Under the pieces are notes generated by a model, which did no database searches, had not been told where the DNA came from, and worked only from the letters and a program-made list of their open reading frames with translations. Source: an uncultured Erysipelotrichaceae bacterium (GTDB taxonomy: Bacteria; Bacillota_I; Bacilli_A; Erysipelotrichales; Erysipelotrichaceae). Taken from it: DNA of 64,000 nucleotides. This document shows, piece after piece, positions 42,084 through 51,458 of this stretch; position 1 is the first letter of the stretch; every line of letters begins with the position of its first letter. Both the position numbers and the translations under genes were made by a program. The stretch covers positions 80,732 to 144,731 of the forward strand of contig CAMQRS010000001.1 of assembly GCA_947036815.1 (NCBI GenBank), read 5' to 3'.

Positions 42084-43355
42084 TTATTTACTATAATACT
42101 TTCTTTTCAACATCGCCATTTGATTACTTCTTGATGTTTTATCTAACTTATCTAAATTGGCAGCTAGTACTTTTTCATACTGTGAAGTAAGTTCAGGTTG
42201 ATAAAACTTCTCAGTTCTTAATTCATTTGGTAAGTATTGAAGTTTATCCCATATTTTACTCATTGAATAATCATAGGTGTCTTCTTCTCTCATATTTACT
42301 GGTGTATATCTCAAGTAGGGAGGCATTGGATACGCATGGTTTCTGATACAAGCCAAGGCGCTATCAACTCCTGCTTCTGCACTTTTTGATTTAGGAGATA
42401 AACATAAGTCAATGACTGCATTTGATAACGGTATTCTAGCTTCAGGGAAACCGATTCTTTTAGCAGCATCTACAGCGCTGACACAACGTGCACAGGCAGC
42501 AGGATTTCCTAATCCAACATCTTCATAAGCAGTAGTAATTAATCTTCTTTCAATTGAATCCATATCATTAGAAGAAATCAAGATTGCTAAATAATATAGT
42601 GCTGCTTGTACATCACTTCCTCTGATTGATTTTTGAAATCCACTTAGTGCATCGTAATGTTCATCACCATCTTTATGAATGCTTCGATTTGGTACTTGAA
42701 CAAATGAGGTAACTAAATCTAAATGAATATGATTGTTTTCACAAGCAAGTGCACATATTTCAACGACATTTAATGCAAAACGAATATCTCCACTACATTG
42801 TCTTGCGATAAGAGTAAGTGCATCATCATCGATTGTGTATTCATTATTTAAGCCATTCGGGCTTAGGAAAGCTCTTGTAAGAGCTTCTTTTACTTCTTCT
42901 ATCGTAAGTGTCTTAACCTCAAATAAATGGGTTCTAGAACGTATTGCTGGATTAATTGAATGATAGGGATTTGCCGTAGTTGCACCAATTAGAGTAATAT
43001 TTCCATTCTCCACATGAGGTAACAATAAGTCTTGTTTATCTTTATTTAACCGATGTACTTCATCAATGATAACGACTAAACCAGGTGTGATTTTAGCTTC
43101 TTCAAAAATGAGATCCAATGCTTTTTTATTGCCTGTAACTGCATTAAATAATCGATAAGGACGACTTAAAGAGTTTGCTAATACACTAGCTAAGGTTGTC
43201 TTACCAGTTCCTGGAGGACCATGAAATATCATCGAATAAAGAACACCTTGTTCGACACATTTTCTAAGTACCTTATGTTCTCCAATTAAGTGTTTTTGAC
43301 CGATCACTTCATCTAGTGTTTGAGGTCTTAAAGTAAATGCTAACGGTTGTTTCAT
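42084..43355 (-). CDS. rarA: replication-associated recombination protein A (AAA+ ATPase)
   Basis: 423 aa. LRPQTLDEVIGQKHL, Walker A GPPGTGKTT, IDEVHR, GATTANP, MgsA C-terminal domain ...HYD..SA..KS.RGSD. Confidence 0.9.
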   Translation of the reverse strand: MKQPLAFTLRPQTLDEVIGQKHLIGEHKVLRKCVEQGVLYSMIFHGPPGTGKTTLASVLANSLSRPYRLFNAVTGNKKALDLIFEEAKITPGLVVIIDEVHRLNKDKQDLLLPHVENGNITLIGATTANPYHSINPAIRSRTHLFEVKTLTIEEVKEALTRAFLSPNGLNNEYTIDDDALTLIARQCSGDIRFALNVVEICALACENNHIHLDLVTSFVQVPNRSIHKDGDEHYDALSGFQKSIRGSDVQAALYYLAILISSNDMDSIERRLITTAYEDVGLGNPAACARCVSAVDAAKRIGFPEARIPLSNAVIDLCLSPKSKSAEAGVDSALACIRNHAYPMPPYLRYTPVNMREEDTYDYSMSKIWDKLQYLPNELRTEKFYQPELTSQYEKVLAANLDKLDKTSRSNQMAMLKRKYYSK

Positions 43356-43416
43356 AAGTAATCTCCTTGCCTCTTATTTTAACACAGTTCAATGCATAAA
43401 AATAAAAAAGATAGGC

Positions 43417-43986
43417 TTAGCCTATCATTAAATGTTCAATTAAAGTTTTAATTCCTAATGCAATCAGTAAGAATCCACCAAAGTAAACAGCATATGATTG
43501 AATACTATTTCCAATATACTTTCCAATATATACACCAATCATACATAAGAGGAAGGTAATCACACCAATACTGATACATGCAAGGAATATAGGTGCTTGT
43601 AAGAAGGCAAAACTAACTCCTATAACCAATGCATCAATACTAGTAGCAATAGCTAACAATAGTAATTGTTTAACAGGTATGTAAGTAACTAGTTGTTGAC
43701 TTGATTGATCATTATTTTTTGCCTCTCTAATCATGTTTATTCCAAGGAATGTTAGTAGAATAAAAGCTACCCAATGATCAAATGCGATAATATAATCAGC
43801 TAAATGGATACAAGCATAGTATCCTATTAAAGGCATAATTGCTTGAAATAATCCAAATAATAAAGAAAGTATTAATGCGTTCTTAAATAGGTGTTTAGGA
43901 TGTAATATAACACCTTTAGCAATAGCTACTGCAAAAGCGTCCATAGCTAACCCTACGGACATAAACATAATAGATATATGATTCAT
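43417..43986 (-). CDS. mntP: manganese efflux pump MntP family
   Basis: 189 aa, six transmembrane helices. Duplicated DAFAVA / DALVIG motifs typical of MntP/YebN. Confidence 0.85.
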   Translation of the reverse strand: MNHISIMFMSVGLAMDAFAVAIAKGVILHPKHLFKNALILSLLFGLFQAIMPLIGYYACIHLADYIIAFDHWVAFILLTFLGINMIREAKNNDQSSQQLVTYIPVKQLLLLAIATSIDALVIGVSFAFLQAPIFLACISIGVITFLLCMIGVYIGKYIGNSIQSYAVYFGGFLLIALGIKTLIEHLMIG

Positions 43987-44039
43987 AGAAGACTCCTCGC
44001 ATAATAGTATATGAATTAGAATGAACTATATACTATTAA

Positions 44040-44522
44040 TTATTTGAAATAACCAATGATTTCATACGCACATGTAAAGAAGTCACTATTATTGGGTACT
44101 CTTATTTCTGCATATTGTTTATATAGTTGTATTCTTTCGTTGTATAGAAGTGTAATTGCATCTTTATTTTTTAATAAAGGTCTATTGCTATCTTCACTTA
44201 CTAATAGTTCTAAATTGCGATCAATAAATACAATTGTTCCATTTTCTTTTAAATAGTCGATATTAATTTTGTTTTTAATAATACCACCACCAGTGGCAAT
44301 GACCGTATTTGATAGTTTAGATACTTGTTTAGTAGCTATTGTTTCTCTTTCTCTAAATCCTGATTCTTCATATAATTCAAATATTTTAGGAATACTCCTG
44401 TGTTCATTTTCAATGATGACGTGGTCAATATCCACAAAATCCATCTTTAATTTTCTTGCTACTTTTTTACCTAGTGAAGTTTTTCCACAACTTGGCATAC
44501 CAATTAATACAATATTTTTCAT
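44040..44522 (-). CDS. aroK: shikimate kinase
   Basis: 160 aa. P-loop GMPSCGKTS, FRE.E, ATGGG. Confidence 0.9.
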   Translation of the reverse strand: MKNIVLIGMPSCGKTSLGKKVARKLKMDFVDIDHVIIENEHRSIPKIFELYEESGFRERETIATKQVSKLSNTVIATGGGIIKNKINIDYLKENGTIVFIDRNLELLVSEDSNRPLLKNKDAITLLYNERIQLYKQYAEIRVPNNSDFFTCAYEIIGYFK

Positions 44523-44629
44523 AAGAAGCTCCTTTTTAAGTATTATACTAGATTTGTATAATTAAATCTATATTTGCTTAAGCGTTAAAAACATTATATA
44601 ATTCAATTAACGAATTTGAGGTAACAATC

Positions 44630-45388
44630 ATGAGTAATTATGTAAACATAAAGAATATTGAAATAGGAAAAGGAATGCCTAACATTTGTATTCCTATCAT
44701 GGGAAAAACAAAAGAAGCGCTACTTTGTGAAGCAGCTGAAGTAATGAATTATCCATGTGATATTGTCGAGTGGAGAATAGACCATTTTGATGCCGTATTC
44801 AATAAGGAAGTATTATTAGATACCTTACAAACACTATATGAAGTACTTGTAGATAAAGTATTATTAGTTACTTTTAGAACAAGTAATGAAGGTGGAGAAA
44901 AAACAATAGATATACAAACTTATATGGAAGTATTAGAATCTGTAATCACTTCTCGTTCACTAGATATCATTGACTTAGAGTGTTTCTTTGATACGGATGC
45001 AATTCAACATTTAGTTAGTGTTGCACAGGATCATCAGGTACACGTAATTATGAGTCATCATAATTTTAATGAAACACTTGCTCATGAGGATATTATCACT
45101 TGCTTTAAAGCGATGGAATCAAAAGGTGCAGACATCTTAAAAATAGCAATGATGCCAACTACTAAAGAAGATGTGCTTACATTAATGAGTGCAACCTTAG
45201 CTACACAACATATGTTGAATAAACCACTGATTGCGATGTCGATGGGGAAACTAGGAGTCATTTCTAGACTATGTGGAGAACTTTATGGTTCATGTGTAAC
45301 CTTTGGATGTATGGATACAATAAGTGCTCCAGGACAAGTAAATGCCCATGAAGTGAAACATATGTTAGAGGTATTGCACCTAGATTAA
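44630..45388 (+). CDS. aroD: 3-dehydroquinate dehydratase, type I
   Basis: 252 aa. D.VEWR.D, FRT..EGG, active-site H (SHHNF) and K (ILKIA) regions. Confidence 0.9.
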   Translation: MSNYVNIKNIEIGKGMPNICIPIMGKTKEALLCEAAEVMNYPCDIVEWRIDHFDAVFNKEVLLDTLQTLYEVLVDKVLLVTFRTSNEGGEKTIDIQTYMEVLESVITSRSLDIIDLECFFDTDAIQHLVSVAQDHQVHVIMSHHNFNETLAHEDIITCFKAMESKGADILKIAMMPTTKEDVLTLMSATLATQHMLNKPLIAMSMGKLGVISRLCGELYGSCVTFGCMDTISAPGQVNAHEVKHMLEVLHLD

Positions 45389-45433
45389 CTAAAATAAATA
45401 CCCCCTACCACATACTGTGGATAGGGGGTTGCT

Positions 45434-46237
45434 TTATATAGGGACTAGAGAATCATAAAAGTCAGATTTCTTTGGTTCACTAATCGTATAGATTGCATTC
45501 ATTATCAGTTCATCTGTAGCAAGTGCTAATTCATTGCCGATCGGATGATCTATGCATAATTCTCTGATGACATGTATCTTATTGTGGATAAAATATAAAT
45601 CTAATAAAAGTATCATAATACCTAAGTCCAATCGATTAATAACTGTCATTTTATCTAGTGGCATCATTCCTTTTTTACCACGAGTACGATAGAGAATTAC
45701 TTTGTTTTCTTTATATTCAAGATACCAAGGTTGTGAATTACACGCACTAGGAGCATATTTGACAACATTAATGAGGTCAGGACTTCCTTGCCCATTCCAA
45801 ATATCGCTATTCTCTCTACGACTACATTTTGTGTAATCTTTTCTAAAGTATTGTTTATTCGTCTTTCCAATCGCAAGCATAATAATAAAGTCCAATCCGT
45901 TGTATTGATTCTCTTTAGGTTTTGCCAAACCGTACCAGCAAACACCAATATCTTTGGAAGCAAGCCACAAATCCAGTTGTTCACCCATATAACCAGTATT
46001 TTGAAGAAACCCTTCTTTCGTTTCACTGTAGATTAAAATACAGTATTCTCCACGAGTACTAGTTGTTTCTTCTTTGGGAACTAATCTAAATTCAGTGTGG
46101 ATATCTTTTGATAGTGGCATTAGTTGTTGTAATTGTTGTTCAATCTCCTCTAAATCTTGGGGAGTGAAAGGAATTACTTCCTTAAAGACGTGGAAAGATT
46201 TTCTTTTGAATATCATTTCATAATTTATATTATTCAT
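45434..46237 (-). CDS. nitroreductase-family protein
   Basis: 267 aa. RKSFHVF and APSACNSQPW motifs typical of the nitroreductase fold. Confidence 0.7.
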   Translation of the reverse strand: MNNINYEMIFKRKSFHVFKEVIPFTPQDLEEIEQQLQQLMPLSKDIHTEFRLVPKEETTSTRGEYCILIYSETKEGFLQNTGYMGEQLDLWLASKDIGVCWYGLAKPKENQYNGLDFIIMLAIGKTNKQYFRKDYTKCSRRENSDIWNGQGSPDLINVVKYAPSACNSQPWYLEYKENKVILYRTRGKKGMMPLDKMTVINRLDLGIMILLLDLYFIHNKIHVIRELCIDHPIGNELALATDELIMNAIYTISEPKKSDFYDSLVPI

Positions 46238-46327
46238 GTGAGTACCTCATATTGTTAGATTAGTATATTATAAATATTAGTTCAAGATAAATATTAAATT
46301 ACTTATGTGCTTTCATATGCGATTATC

Positions 46328-46540
46328 TTAATCAAAATAAAATAATTCTTCAAATTTTTTATCAAGTGCAACACAAAGAATTAGCGCTAGTTTAGCAGTA
46401 GGGTTAAACTGTCCAGTCTCAATAGAACTAATCGTATTTCTAGAGGTTCCTACTAATTCTGAAAGTGTCGTTTGTGACATCTTTTTTTCATTACGGACAT
46501 CTTTTAAATTGTTTTTTAATTGTAATTCATCTTTTTTCAT
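46328..46540 (-). CDS. small XRE/Cro-type HTH transcriptional regulator
   Basis: 70 aa. L.DVRNEKKMSQTTLSELVGTSRNTISSIETGQFNPT. Start at ATG 46540 after AAGGAGA. The upstream extension in the ORF track is rejected. Confidence 0.8.
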   Translation of the reverse strand: MKKDELQLKNNLKDVRNEKKMSQTTLSELVGTSRNTISSIETGQFNPTAKLALILCVALDKKFEELFYFD

Positions 46541-46551
46541 AAGGTCTCCTT

Positions 46552-46881
46552 CTACAAATTTATTAGATATAGGGCAATAAAGGCAAGAGAACCTAAACAA
46601 AAACATAGTGCAATGACTAAGTACATCCTTGTTTTTGTCTTATGAAAACTGTAAAAATTTATTGCACTTGTATATGCAAATAGGATGGCAGGGAATTCAT
46701 ATACTGTTCTAGCTTTTTCTAATCCTTGTATATCAGCATATAGCATAGGGGTAAAGGTAAAAAACATGCATAGGATAGCTAAGATAATCACTCCCCAAAG
46801 TTGTGCATCATTAATAATTTTTTGTTCGTATTCATCAGATCGTTCATTACGACTTTTTGCTAAAATATCTTCTTTTTTCAT
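46552..46881 (-). CDS. small membrane protein (DUF6442-like) co-transcribed with the XRE regulator
   Basis: 109 aa. MKKEDILAKSRNERSDEYEQKI start then three transmembrane helices. This pairing is commonly seen in Firmicutes. Confidence 0.5.
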   Translation of the reverse strand: MKKEDILAKSRNERSDEYEQKIINDAQLWGVIILAILCMFFTFTPMLYADIQGLEKARTVYEFPAILFAYTSAINFYSFHKTKTRMYLVIALCFCLGSLAFIALYLINL

Positions 46882-47244
46882 AGGAGTACCTACTTTTTAA
46901 GTAACAAGTTTACTTGTCATAATGGTAACATACTAAGTTTTATTGTCAACACCATTTGACAAGTTTTATTTGCGATTAGGTAAAGGGTTTTATAAAAGTT
47001 TCTTTTAAGACTGCACTTTCAATATATGACTTATTCTAAATCTATGTACAGATGTGATTTGTATTAGTGCTATAAATATATAATACATCATAAGTCGTTC
47101 AAAAGGATTTAATTAATAAGGACTACGTATTTCGCTCTGAAAGAGTGTGGGCATGCAAGTTTATTATGGATCTATTATTAGACGGCATCTATGTTGCATG
47201 CTACAATCTATTTAAAGTAATTTTTAAATAAAGGGGGCGATGAC

Positions 47245-47517
47245 ATGAGTTTATCAGATACATTTAAGGTTTTATCGGATCCCTTGCGAAGAAATATTCT
47301 TGTTAGTCTGAAAAATGGTAGATTGACCGCTGGTGAATTATCAAAAAATTTTAATATTACACCAGCTGCATTATCTTACCATCTAAAGTTATTAAGAAAA
47401 GCAGATGTAATAATGGAATATAAATATAAAAACTTGATTTATTATGAACTCAACACGACAGTATTTAACGAACTGATCATGTGGATAAAAGAACTAGGAG
47501 AAAAAAATGAAAAATAA
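47245..47517 (+). CDS. sdpR: ArsR-family autorepressor SdpR
   Basis: 90 aa. FKVLSDPLRRNIL..LK.G.LTAGELS..FNI...ALSYHLK.L..A....E.K....IYYELNTTV closely parallels B. subtilis SdpR as I recall it. Confidence 0.8.
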   Translation: MSLSDTFKVLSDPLRRNILVSLKNGRLTAGELSKNFNITPAALSYHLKLLRKADVIMEYKYKNLIYYELNTTVFNELIMWIKELGEKNEK

Positions 47518-48187
47518 AATTTTATGGGGATTCACTTTACTGCCAACTTTAGTTACATGCGTTGTCATTCAATTTATAGAAGGCGAAATTCCTGTGCACT
47601 ATGATGCATTGGGTACTATTGATCGATGGGGTTCAAAATATGAACTATTTGTTTTTCCAATTATCATTATAGTTATGACTATTTTGTGGAAGCTTCTTAT
47701 AGGGTATTTTAGCAAAAAAGAAATTAATTCTAAAGATGAAAAAATAATACAAGAGGCTGGGCAAAACAAAAAAGTGATTTATTATGTCGCAGTTGGCATG
47801 GCAGTTTTATTTTCGATTTTGCATTACAGCTTTATGTATTCTGGTATAATCGAAGTGCAAAAAGGCATGGAAACAATGGCTATTGATATCAACTCAGTAA
47901 CTAATATTTCTATGGGGGTATTTATGATTATCATTGGAAATATGATTCCAAAAAGCAAATGCAACAGCGTGGTCGGTCTACGCACGAAATGGTGCATGAA
48001 AAATGATGTAACTTGGGCAAAGAGCAATCGTTTTGGTGGCATTTCATTAGTAATAGCAGGGCTACTGATAATTATTGAGTCATTGCTAATCGGTGGGTTT
48101 CTATCTACAATTATAATGCTTTTCTTATTAATAATAGCCGGTGTAGTGTCTACGATATATTCATATAAAATAGCTAAAGATAGGTAA
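47507..48187 (+). CDS. sdpI: SdpI/YhfL-family membrane immunity / signal-transduction protein
   Basis: 226 aa. DUF1648-like IPVHYDALGTIDRWGSK and SdpI-like VGLRTKW....VTWAKSNRFGG. Overlaps the sdpR stop. Confidence 0.8.
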   Translation: MKNKILWGFTLLPTLVTCVVIQFIEGEIPVHYDALGTIDRWGSKYELFVFPIIIIVMTILWKLLIGYFSKKEINSKDEKIIQEAGQNKKVIYYVAVGMAVLFSILHYSFMYSGIIEVQKGMETMAIDINSVTNISMGVFMIIIGNMIPKSKCNSVVGLRTKWCMKNDVTWAKSNRFGGISLVIAGLLIIIESLLIGGFLSTIIMLFLLIIAGVVSTIYSYKIAKDR

Positions 48188-48375
48188 TGCGATTATTTCA
48201 TTGTTGAGGGATTAATTTCAGAGACCTTTGAAACGCACGATTAAATGATGTTGCTAATTCATAAATATGTGTTCTCGATTTATAAAATAACTGTTGATTG
48301 AGACCTGCGCGGATGAGGGATAGATATCCCCCTTTCTTACGAATCTTTTTGGTACTGGCAATATGCCTAGTTGAA

Positions 48376-48702
48376 TTAATTTACATACATACTTAATAGA
48401 CAAAATATAATGGCAACAATAGATATGATTGATAAAAACAGGTCAATCTTTTTTTTGTTGTAACAAAATAAACCCATACTTTTCGTTAATAATGTAATAA
48501 AAAGTAATAGTAATAAGCTATCTATAGTTGAAAATGAACGAGTAGCAATCGCATTGGGAACACGAATTATTAATAATGTCCCCAACGAAGCCACAAGTGA
48601 AATTAATGTGATTATACTTGTCGTAGTTTCTATGTCCGCTCTTCTTTCATATCTGTGGTGATTGGCGCCTGTAGACGTTTTTAATTTATCCGTTTTTTTC
48701 AT
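48376..48702 (-). CDS. small membrane protein, unknown function
   Basis: 108 aa. RBS AAGGAGA. Basic N-terminus followed by three hydrophobic helices. Confidence 0.45.
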   Translation of the reverse strand: MKKTDKLKTSTGANHHRYERRADIETTTSIITLISLVASLGTLLIIRVPNAIATRSFSTIDSLLLLLFITLLTKSMGLFCYNKKKIDLFLSIISIVAIIFCLLSMYVN

Positions 48703-48748
48703 AAGTTTCTCCTTAACTACATCAATAAGCTTTATTCAATGTTTTAAT

Positions 48749-49141
48749 TTATACGTACTGAGTAGAACCACTATCTGTATTTAACACACATTTCATTTCA
48801 GTGATTTTAAATAAAGCATAGGTAGTGCTATCTACTGTGTATCTTTTGTTTAGTACAGGACAGTTGTCTAACATTGCTTGTTTAAGATATGTTTCATTTG
48901 TTTCAATGGCTTTTCCATTGATACGAATCCATTCTCTACTCGTTCCTTTTAATGCCACAATTTGAATTTGTGGATTATGCTTCATCTGTTTGTATACCTC
49001 TTTGGTATTGGCACTTGAAATATACAACGCACCTTCATACTCCATCACTGCACCAAATGGTCTTGTGGCTGGGAACTCATCATTAATGGTAGATACGTAA
49101 AACACGCCACATGTATTTAAAAAATCATATACTTTACTCAT
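48749..49141 (-). CDS. pyridoxamine 5'-phosphate oxidase-like FMN-binding protein
   Basis: Start at MSKVYDFL (ATG 49141, RBS GGAGG). ...FPATRPFG......LY........VYKQM..NP.I split-barrel pattern. Confidence 0.7.
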   Translation of the reverse strand: MSKVYDFLNTCGVFYVSTINDEFPATRPFGAVMEYEGALYISSANTKEVYKQMKHNPQIQIVALKGTSREWIRINGKAIETNETYLKQAMLDNCPVLNKRYTVDSTTYALFKITEMKCVLNTDSGSTQYV

Positions 49142-49345
49142 ATTTATACCTCCGTTGTTTATTAGATTATTTGCTGATACGCTCATTGAAGTATCAGATA
49201 TAAATGATTATTCTTCTATTGTACCATTGATTAGCTATAAACGTTTCATAAAAAAATAGTAAGAGGTTCATGTTTTATATGCTGCATACTTACTTATACA
49301 AAATGCATGGTATGACTTTAATAAAAAAAAAGCAAACCCAAGGGT

Positions 49346-50197
49346 TTACTTCTTATCAAATTTAATTCTTCTTGCTGTTGATTGTCTAAACAATTGTTTC
49401 ATGTTTTCTTCATCTTCATTTTGTAGTACTTCCTTAAAACTTTGTAGGGAAGATGCAAAGGCATCGATTTCATCCAACAAGATATCCTTGTTCAAGATAA
49501 ATAATTCAGTCCACATATGTTCATTTATCTTTGCGATTCGTGTAAGATCTCTAAATGAATCTCCTGTATATTCTACTAGATGAGAATTATCATGAGTATT
49601 CATTAAGGATACCGCAATTACATGAGTCAATTGAGATAAGAATCCAATCATTTTATCATGTTCTTCACAAGATAATACCGAAATATGATTAAATCCTAAT
49701 ACATTCGCCAAATCATTAGAAAATTCAATGGCTTCTTTAGTATTGTTTGGAGTAGGAGTAATAATGTAGTTTGCATGCTTAAACATTTCTGTATTTGCAT
49801 GTTCAATACCACTATTTTCCTTACCTGCCATGGGATGGGCAGAAATAAACTCTAAGTCACTTCTTAATATCTTTTGAATAGGTTCTACAATGTTGGATTT
49901 TACTCCACTTACATCACTAATAAGGGCATTCTCTTTGAAATATTGTTGATTTTCCATCACCCAGTCAATCATCGTAGTAGGATATAGACCTAAGATAATG
50001 TAGTCTGCTTTTCTTATATTTTCATCTAAGGCGATAGTACCTTCATCAATAATATTATTTGCTAGGGCATAATCAATGGTTTCTTGTCTACGTGCAATTC
50101 CCATCACATAGTAGCCTTGTTCTTTCAATCGCATTGCATAACTACCACCAAGTAATCCAAGCCCCACAATTAGAAATGTCTTTTGCTTACTAATCAT
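49346..50197 (-). CDS. tyrA: prephenate dehydrogenase
   Basis: 283 aa. Rossmann motif VGLGLLGGS, HPMAG. Last gene of the aro operon. Confidence 0.9.
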   Translation of the reverse strand: MISKQKTFLIVGLGLLGGSYAMRLKEQGYYVMGIARRQETIDYALANNIIDEGTIALDENIRKADYIILGLYPTTMIDWVMENQQYFKENALISDVSGVKSNIVEPIQKILRSDLEFISAHPMAGKENSGIEHANTEMFKHANYIITPTPNNTKEAIEFSNDLANVLGFNHISVLSCEEHDKMIGFLSQLTHVIAVSLMNTHDNSHLVEYTGDSFRDLTRIAKINEHMWTELFILNKDILLDEIDAFASSLQSFKEVLQNEDEENMKQLFRQSTARRIKFDKK

Positions 50198-51458
50198 GAA
50201 TGATCTCTACCTTCACACCAACACTAGCTAAGTCTTCAAAGAAAGTAGGATATGATTTATTAATATATTGTGCTTCTTCAATGATTACTGGTGTATCTAA
50301 TACGGTTGCTACTACACTTAAACTCATCACAATACGATGATCTTTATGACCACTCAATACTTGATTGCATGTATATGTATCTCTTTGTTTGATACGTATT
50401 TCACTCTCTGTTGTTTCAATATCAACCCCTAATTTTAGTAATTCATCTTCCATTGCTTGGATACGATCACTTTCTTTTAAACGTAGTCTACTTGCATTAT
50501 AGATACGTGTACTTGGTGTATACATTGCCATAACACTTAAGATAGGTCCTAAATCAGGACAGTCTTGTAAGTCTATTTCATTGGTATGCAAAGTTGATTT
50601 ATGAACTAAGTATCCATTGTCTATATATTCAATGTTTGCACCTGCTTGTTGTAAGATAGATACGATTTGTCTATCTCCTTGATTCGAATCATGTGTTAAA
50701 CCAAGGCATTTTAAATCATTGTTGATTGTTGCTAATACAGCGAAGAATCCCAATTGAGAGTAGTCTCCTTCAATCGTATAGTCACATGCTTGGTAAGATT
50801 GATTTCCTTTAATAAATAACACATTGCTTGATGTATAAGTAGCTTCTATTCCATACATCGTTAATATTTCTAAGGTAAGATCAACATACGATCTAGATTC
50901 ATAGGGTTCACGAATCGTAATTGTTGAGTCACCTTGTAATAAAGGTAATGCGAATAGTAAACCAGAAATAAACTGACTACTCACATTCCCATCTAATTCA
51001 TAGTTGCCAGGAGTTAAACTACCACCGATTTCTATTTTATCATCGTCTTGTACATATGAAATTTGTTGAGACTTAAAGATATTTTCATAAATTGCTTGCG
51101 GTCTTTTTAATAATCTATTTTCACCAGTGAATTTCACTACTTGATTACATAATGAGAAGATAGGGATAAAAAATCTTAACGTAGATCCACTTTCCTTACA
51201 AAATACATTATTATTTTGTAGGGAAGTGAAGTCTTTGATTCCTTCGATAAGAACACTGTTTTCTAAGCAAGTAATAGTTGCTCCTAGTTGTTTCATTCCT
51301 TCAATAGTTACTTTGATATCATCACTGTAAGCAACATTAGATACGGTTGATTTTCCATTTGCCAATGAGGCTGCGATAATGGCACGATGTGACATACTTT
51401 TTGAAGGGGGAATTGTTACACTACCTGATACTTTACTAGGATAAATTTTTACCTTCAT
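50190..51458 (-). CDS. aroA: 3-phosphoshikimate 1-carboxyvinyltransferase (EPSP synthase)
   Basis: 422 aa. PPSKSMSHRA, LKRP, LKESDR, HKDHRIVMS. Confidence 0.95.
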   Translation of the reverse strand: MKVKIYPSKVSGSVTIPPSKSMSHRAIIAASLANGKSTVSNVAYSDDIKVTIEGMKQLGATITCLENSVLIEGIKDFTSLQNNNVFCKESGSTLRFFIPIFSLCNQVVKFTGENRLLKRPQAIYENIFKSQQISYVQDDDKIEIGGSLTPGNYELDGNVSSQFISGLLFALPLLQGDSTITIREPYESRSYVDLTLEILTMYGIEATYTSSNVLFIKGNQSYQACDYTIEGDYSQLGFFAVLATINNDLKCLGLTHDSNQGDRQIVSILQQAGANIEYIDNGYLVHKSTLHTNEIDLQDCPDLGPILSVMAMYTPSTRIYNASRLRLKESDRIQAMEDELLKLGVDIETTESEIRIKQRDTYTCNQVLSGHKDHRIVMSLSVVATVLDTPVIIEEAQYINKSYPTFFEDLASVGVKVEIIHD

